Assembly (NCBI GenBank): GCA_054600435.1
Contig: BAAIJX010000012.1
Coordinates: 62,001 to 126,000 of the forward strand
Direction: 5' to 3'
Length of the DNA stretch: 64,000 nucleotides
Origin: Neophaeotheca triangularis
Lineage: Eukaryota
The notes under the pieces: model-generated
Databases searched by the model: none
Told to the model about the DNA's origin: nothing
Seen by the model: the letters and a program-made list of their open reading frames with translations, nothing else
Position numbers and translations under genes: made by a program
In this document: piece after piece, positions 59,941 through 64,000 of the stretch
Layout: each line of letters starts with the position of its first letter
Position numbering within the stretch: the stretch's first letter is position 1

Positions 59941-60380
59941 ATAGTACTGTAGTAGTAAGCGTTTAAGGTAGGTTCACTACGTACTTAGTAGTAGCTAGGT
60001 ACGCTATAGCGTTTCTAAGTTAAGTGAGGACTTAGATAACTAGTTATTGTCGGTACTACTACGGCTATGCTTAGTAAGCCTCTCTAGCGCACTAGTGGAT
60101 ACTGAGATACTACTCTACCTAAACACTTAGATATACATATATCTCACATAGTAGACCTTAAAGGTCATCTAAGACTACTAAGACCTTATTACTAGTAGCA
60201 ATTAAGTACACCGTGACTATAAAATCATATTCTATCAATACTACTTATTAGCATGAGATAGACCGTCTTAATAGGTAGTACCAGTAGCGCTTCTCTAAGA
60301 GTAATCTAATAACTACTACTATTAAATACTAGTGGCGCCTATAAGCTCCGCCGTTAAAGGAAGGGCTATAGATCTAGTGT
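59941..60380. other. AT-rich, TpA-enriched island with RIP-like composition upstream of dim-5
   Basis: Abundant TAG/CTA/TAA/TAC, scarce CpA/TpG, frequent stop codons and no ORF-track entry. Confidence 0.65.
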
Positions 60381-60971
60381 AGAGCAATTATTCACTGCCT
60401 CCGTAATACAGAAGGATCTGTGAAAGTATCTCGTAGCGTATACAGCTCCTATCAACTAAACACTCGGTCAAAGTCAGAGCTTAGTAATTGCTACTTGGAG
60501 TAGACTTGCTTGTACACACTCCAAGCCGACATCCTATTCGCTCAGACTTTGCACATTGATCCCGCTGCTCCGGTATCACTCCGAATCGAATTCGGCTACG
60601 TAGTAGCAATCCGTGGATGTATCTACCTACCTAGGTAGTTAACTAGACGTCTACGGGTGTTACGGGCACCCTCTGGACAGCAAAACGGCGACGGGTATTC
60701 CCGAGCGTCGTCGCAATATCACCAAGATTCTCAAATTTCTGTCGCTGTTTTGATGTCCGGCGGAGGACGGGGGTAGCTGATAGTCCGTGCTTCAGTGCTT
60801 AATCAATCTTAGATAAGATAAGATCAACTCCAGCAAAAGCCGACTACCCTTTCACATGAAGCAGAATATTTCCGAATCGTAGAAAGTAACACCCTTCCAG
60901 TCTGTGATCGACTTTTCTTCCTTTAATACGCTTCGCGACTTTAGGAATATAAGTTGTAACAATCGAACGCA

Positions 60972-61778
60972 ATGGCCGCAACTAAGAGTTCGCAGCCCGC
61001 GAACCCTTTCATCAAGCAACTAGCATCAAGCGGTACGCGCAGAACGCAATTCTATTCACAGTGCTCCTCAAACTAACACCTCCTGCCAGACCGTCGCGTC
61101 CGCGACCGCGCCCTGACCTCCCTCCGCACCTTCATCTCCCGCCCGCAACCTATACCCTCCATTGAACTGCTCAAACTATGGAAAGGCCTTTTTTACTGCA
61201 TGTGGATGAGCGACAAACCACGCACGCAGCAACAACTCGCACGCGACCTCGCCTCGCTGGTAGACGTCTTGCACCGCCCTAATATCGTCCCCTTCCTAGA
61301 AGCTTTCTGGAAAACCATGGCGAGAGAGTGGGTAGGTATCGACGGCCTGCGCATGGACAAGTTCCTGTACTTGGTGCGTGTGTTTGTGCGTAAAGGGTTT
61401 GAGGTCGCGGAGAAGGGAAGTTGGAGGGATGAGGGTATGGTGAAGGGGGTTCTTGGGGTTTTGGAGGAGACTCCCTTGAGTGCGAGGGATGTCAAGGTTG
61501 GAAATGGGTTGAGGTATCATGTTGTGGATGTATTTGTTGATGAGTTGGATGCCGTGGACGCGGGGAGGGCGGCGCCGCTGGAGGTGCTGTTGGCGCCTTT
61601 GAGGAGGCTTGGGAAGGAAAGTCCGACTAAGAGTGTGAGGAAGAGGGTTCAGGAGGCGCTTGAGGATGAGAGGTTGGCGGATTGGAAGGGGGAGAAGGAG
61701 GATGAGGAGAGCGGTGAGGAGGCAGAGGGTAAGGACGACGATGAGGACGACGATGGCTTTGCTGGCTTTGACGACTGA
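60972..61778 (+). CDS. RRP1: rRNA processing protein Rrp1 (Nop52 family), 2 exons
   Basis: Intron 61033-61089; FIKQLASSDRRVRDRAL, LLKLWKGLFYCMWMSDKPRTQQ, REWVGIDGLRMDKFLYLVR, GLRYHVVDVFVDEL. Confidence 0.95.
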
Positions 61779-62916
61779 AGCCAAAAATTTTGGGTTTCGC
61801 GTGCATTGGCGCCAAAGGCAAGGCATGGTCAGATTGGCGAGAACAGGTATCGCCGCGCCCTCCGCAGCATGCCACACTGCATGTTTCGACCGATCTCGAG
61901 GACGCTCTTCTTGGCCGGGAGCTTACCTCCACGGTATGGAGCGGGAAGTTCTGATGGGGATACTGCCCGTTGCACTTCGTTAGTCGATCTTACGGTGCCA
62001 AAGCCTTGATATCAACCTGCGAACGGATCGAGGTGATGGCCCGGCTCATGATCTAATTCTCGAGATGGCCACAGCTTTACAAGGCCTAGAGAAGCCCATG
62101 AAGAGCGCTAAACGCTGGGTATGATCTGCACCCTACAAATACCGCGCTGCTATCAGACCTTTACGGCGTGATGTCTCTAAAGGCCACTTACACGGGTGCT
62201 GGGATGCTTGTACGAACCAAGAGTAGATAGTGTCGACAAGAAGCGCTTATAGCACTGAACGTATTAAATCGTCTGCTTGCGAACATAGAGACCTGTTGTA
62301 AGGTCCAGCTACAGGACAATTTCGATGGCTCATTGGGACTTCTTGATGTAGAATGCTCCCGATACCTAGCAGTAATGAGTACTAGTACTCTGTAGTAACA
62401 ATGCATAAGTTATTTCGAGCAGCAACAGATCCTCGCCGCTAGCCATTCTTAGCTTCCACGGAACGCTTGCCGGCAGGCGGCAGTCGTTCGTCATGCGCCA
62501 AAGCGGACACCTCGGGCGATCAGGTCTCCAGTAACTAGCACCTCAGTTTCTCACCTACAATTATACGTACGCGCCCGGCCAAGTGCTGAAATACAGAGCT
62601 TCTACAACGTACACGACCTCACCTCGACCCTCAAGTAACGAACGAAAGAAACGGCTCTGTACGAGTCCCGACCGCCGCCCCAACGACTGTGAACCCGTGG
62701 CACGACCCAACGGCCCTCTCCCTTCCTCGCCCGAGCAAGCGCACCGGTCGACCTAGCGCACGTCACTACTACTACATATCCTACCCTATCATTACCGCAT
62801 CGATATTCATCATTCACCGGGCGGTGTCACTGTCGGGTTTTGTGGACTGCCTGCCTTGACGGCTTCTCGGCTTTTTCGATCTTCCTTCTTCCTTCTTCTT
62901 TTGAATCTGCGTTACC

Positions 62917-64000
62917 ATGGTCGTCAATGAGACAAGGAAGCGGGTGTTGAGGCAGTTGAATAGTCGGTATATCTATGGGAGATTTGTAGGTTCCTTCTTC
63001 TCTTTCTATCTGCTTGGGATGGGAGTTGGTTTGGTGGGCTTGGTCTGGGAAAGATGGGAAGGAGAGAGGGAAGATGGTGGATTGACCAAGAGGTGCATGG
63101 CCTGGTGGTGCTGGTATTGCGGCTCGGCGGTGGTGCTGGGTGATGCATAGTGTCAAGAGGGTTGTGGGATGTGGGATGTGGTGGTTTCGCGGCCGCACAA
63201 GAAGAGGCAGATCGAGGGCATTTGGATTATAATTTGGGGTATAATTTGGCCATGCTAACAGCTTATTGCCACAGCCTTTACTCCACGCCATCATCGCCCT
63301 CCTGCAATTCGCAATGGTCTCGATACTCGTGCGCAAGTTCAACACCTACTACACCACACGGCCGGTGCTTACGACCATGATCGTCAATGCGGTGCGTTCC
63401 GACATTCCAATTCAAGAAGGAACAGGGCTCGAGACACAGGGGTAGTGGGACTGACAACATAGATTTACAGGTCTTGGGTGGCATCGCAGACACAACGGCA
63501 CAGACTCTCACAGCTATCAACAGACGGCACCGACAAAAAGCCATTGACCACGGCAAAGACGACTTCTTCGCTGTCGAGATTCACGAACTGGATAAGAAGG
63601 TGCCCTGGCCTGATGAGGAGGACATGCTACCGCCTTCCAAGCGCCGCGCGCCCCCGCCTTTCGATTTTGAGCGCTTGGTTCGTTTCATGGCGTATGGTTT
63701 CATGATGGCGCCGCTGCAGCATAAGTGGTTTGGTTTCTTGCATAGGACTTTTCCAATTGGAGATGGCCATGGCACGCTGAATGCGATGAAGAGGGTGGCT
63801 TTTGATCAGTTTCTTTTTGCGCCTGCTGGTGAGTTTACACGCGTGCGGCAATAACTACACTGGACAGGAGATCCAAGGGGTAAAAGTGGGCTGGAAGCTA
63901 ACAGCCTCGCGTCCGACAGGTCTGGCGACTTTCTTCACTTTCATGACAGTGGCTGAGGGCGGCGGTAAACGCGCAGTGATGCGCAAATTCCAAGACGTTT
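62917..64000 (+). CDS. Mpv17/PMP22 family membrane protein, truncated by the window end
   Basis: Exons 62917-62985, 63275-63391, 63471-63828, 63920->64000. RPVLTTMIVNAVLGGIADTTAQ, FDFERLVRFMAYG, WFGFL, KRVAFDQFLFAP. Confidence 0.88.

Noticed and set aside
60811..60824. Tandem GATAAG upstream of RRP1
   Set aside because: Short motif that could arise by chance or slippage; cannot be assigned to a GATA factor without conservation data.
1..64000. tRNA, rRNA, CRISPR arrays, intact transposons, secondary-metabolite backbone genes, readthrough-derived PTS1 signals
   Set aside because: None recognised by eye; the stop contexts I inspected lacked the TGA-CTA readthrough motif. tRNAscan-SE, Infernal and RepeatModeler would be needed to exclude small elements.

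Overview
Gene-dense euchromatic segment of a filamentous ascomycete (Pezizomycotina; Dothideomycete-like is my impression only). The short GT-AG introns have CTRAC branch points. I can build about 26 protein-coding models by hand: alkaline ceramidase, prefoldin subunits 1 and 5, two tandem DHCR24/DWF1-like FAD oxidoreductases, INO1, a GPI-anchored Ser/Thr-rich protein, DPP III, a Tma17/Adc17-like protein, a mitochondrial-type rhomboid, a JmjC oxygenase, a LARP1-like La/DM15 protein, NOP4, a 77-aa Cys/His microprotein, a small cytochrome-b5-like MAPR protein, an agmatinase-family enzyme, MON2, VPS9, a conserved membrane protein, verprolin, a Zn2Cys6 factor, CK2 beta, a Clr4/DIM-5 H3K9 methyltransferase, RRP1 and an Mpv17/PMP22 protein, plus a probable gene start at the left edge. 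I recognised no tRNA, rRNA, CRISPR array or intact transposon. The best non-obvious signals are: (1) a spliced, AUG-less 41-codon upstream frame in the INO1 leader, a candidate inositol-responsive regulatory peptide; (2) a probable non-AUG N-terminal extension of CK2 beta; (3) a hidden, intron-split degenerate chromodomain in the DIM-5/Clr4 gene, with a RIP-like TpA-rich island abutting its start; (4) a GC-AG intron in one of the tandem DHCR24-like paralogs. All family assignments come from motif recognition by eye, not database searches.
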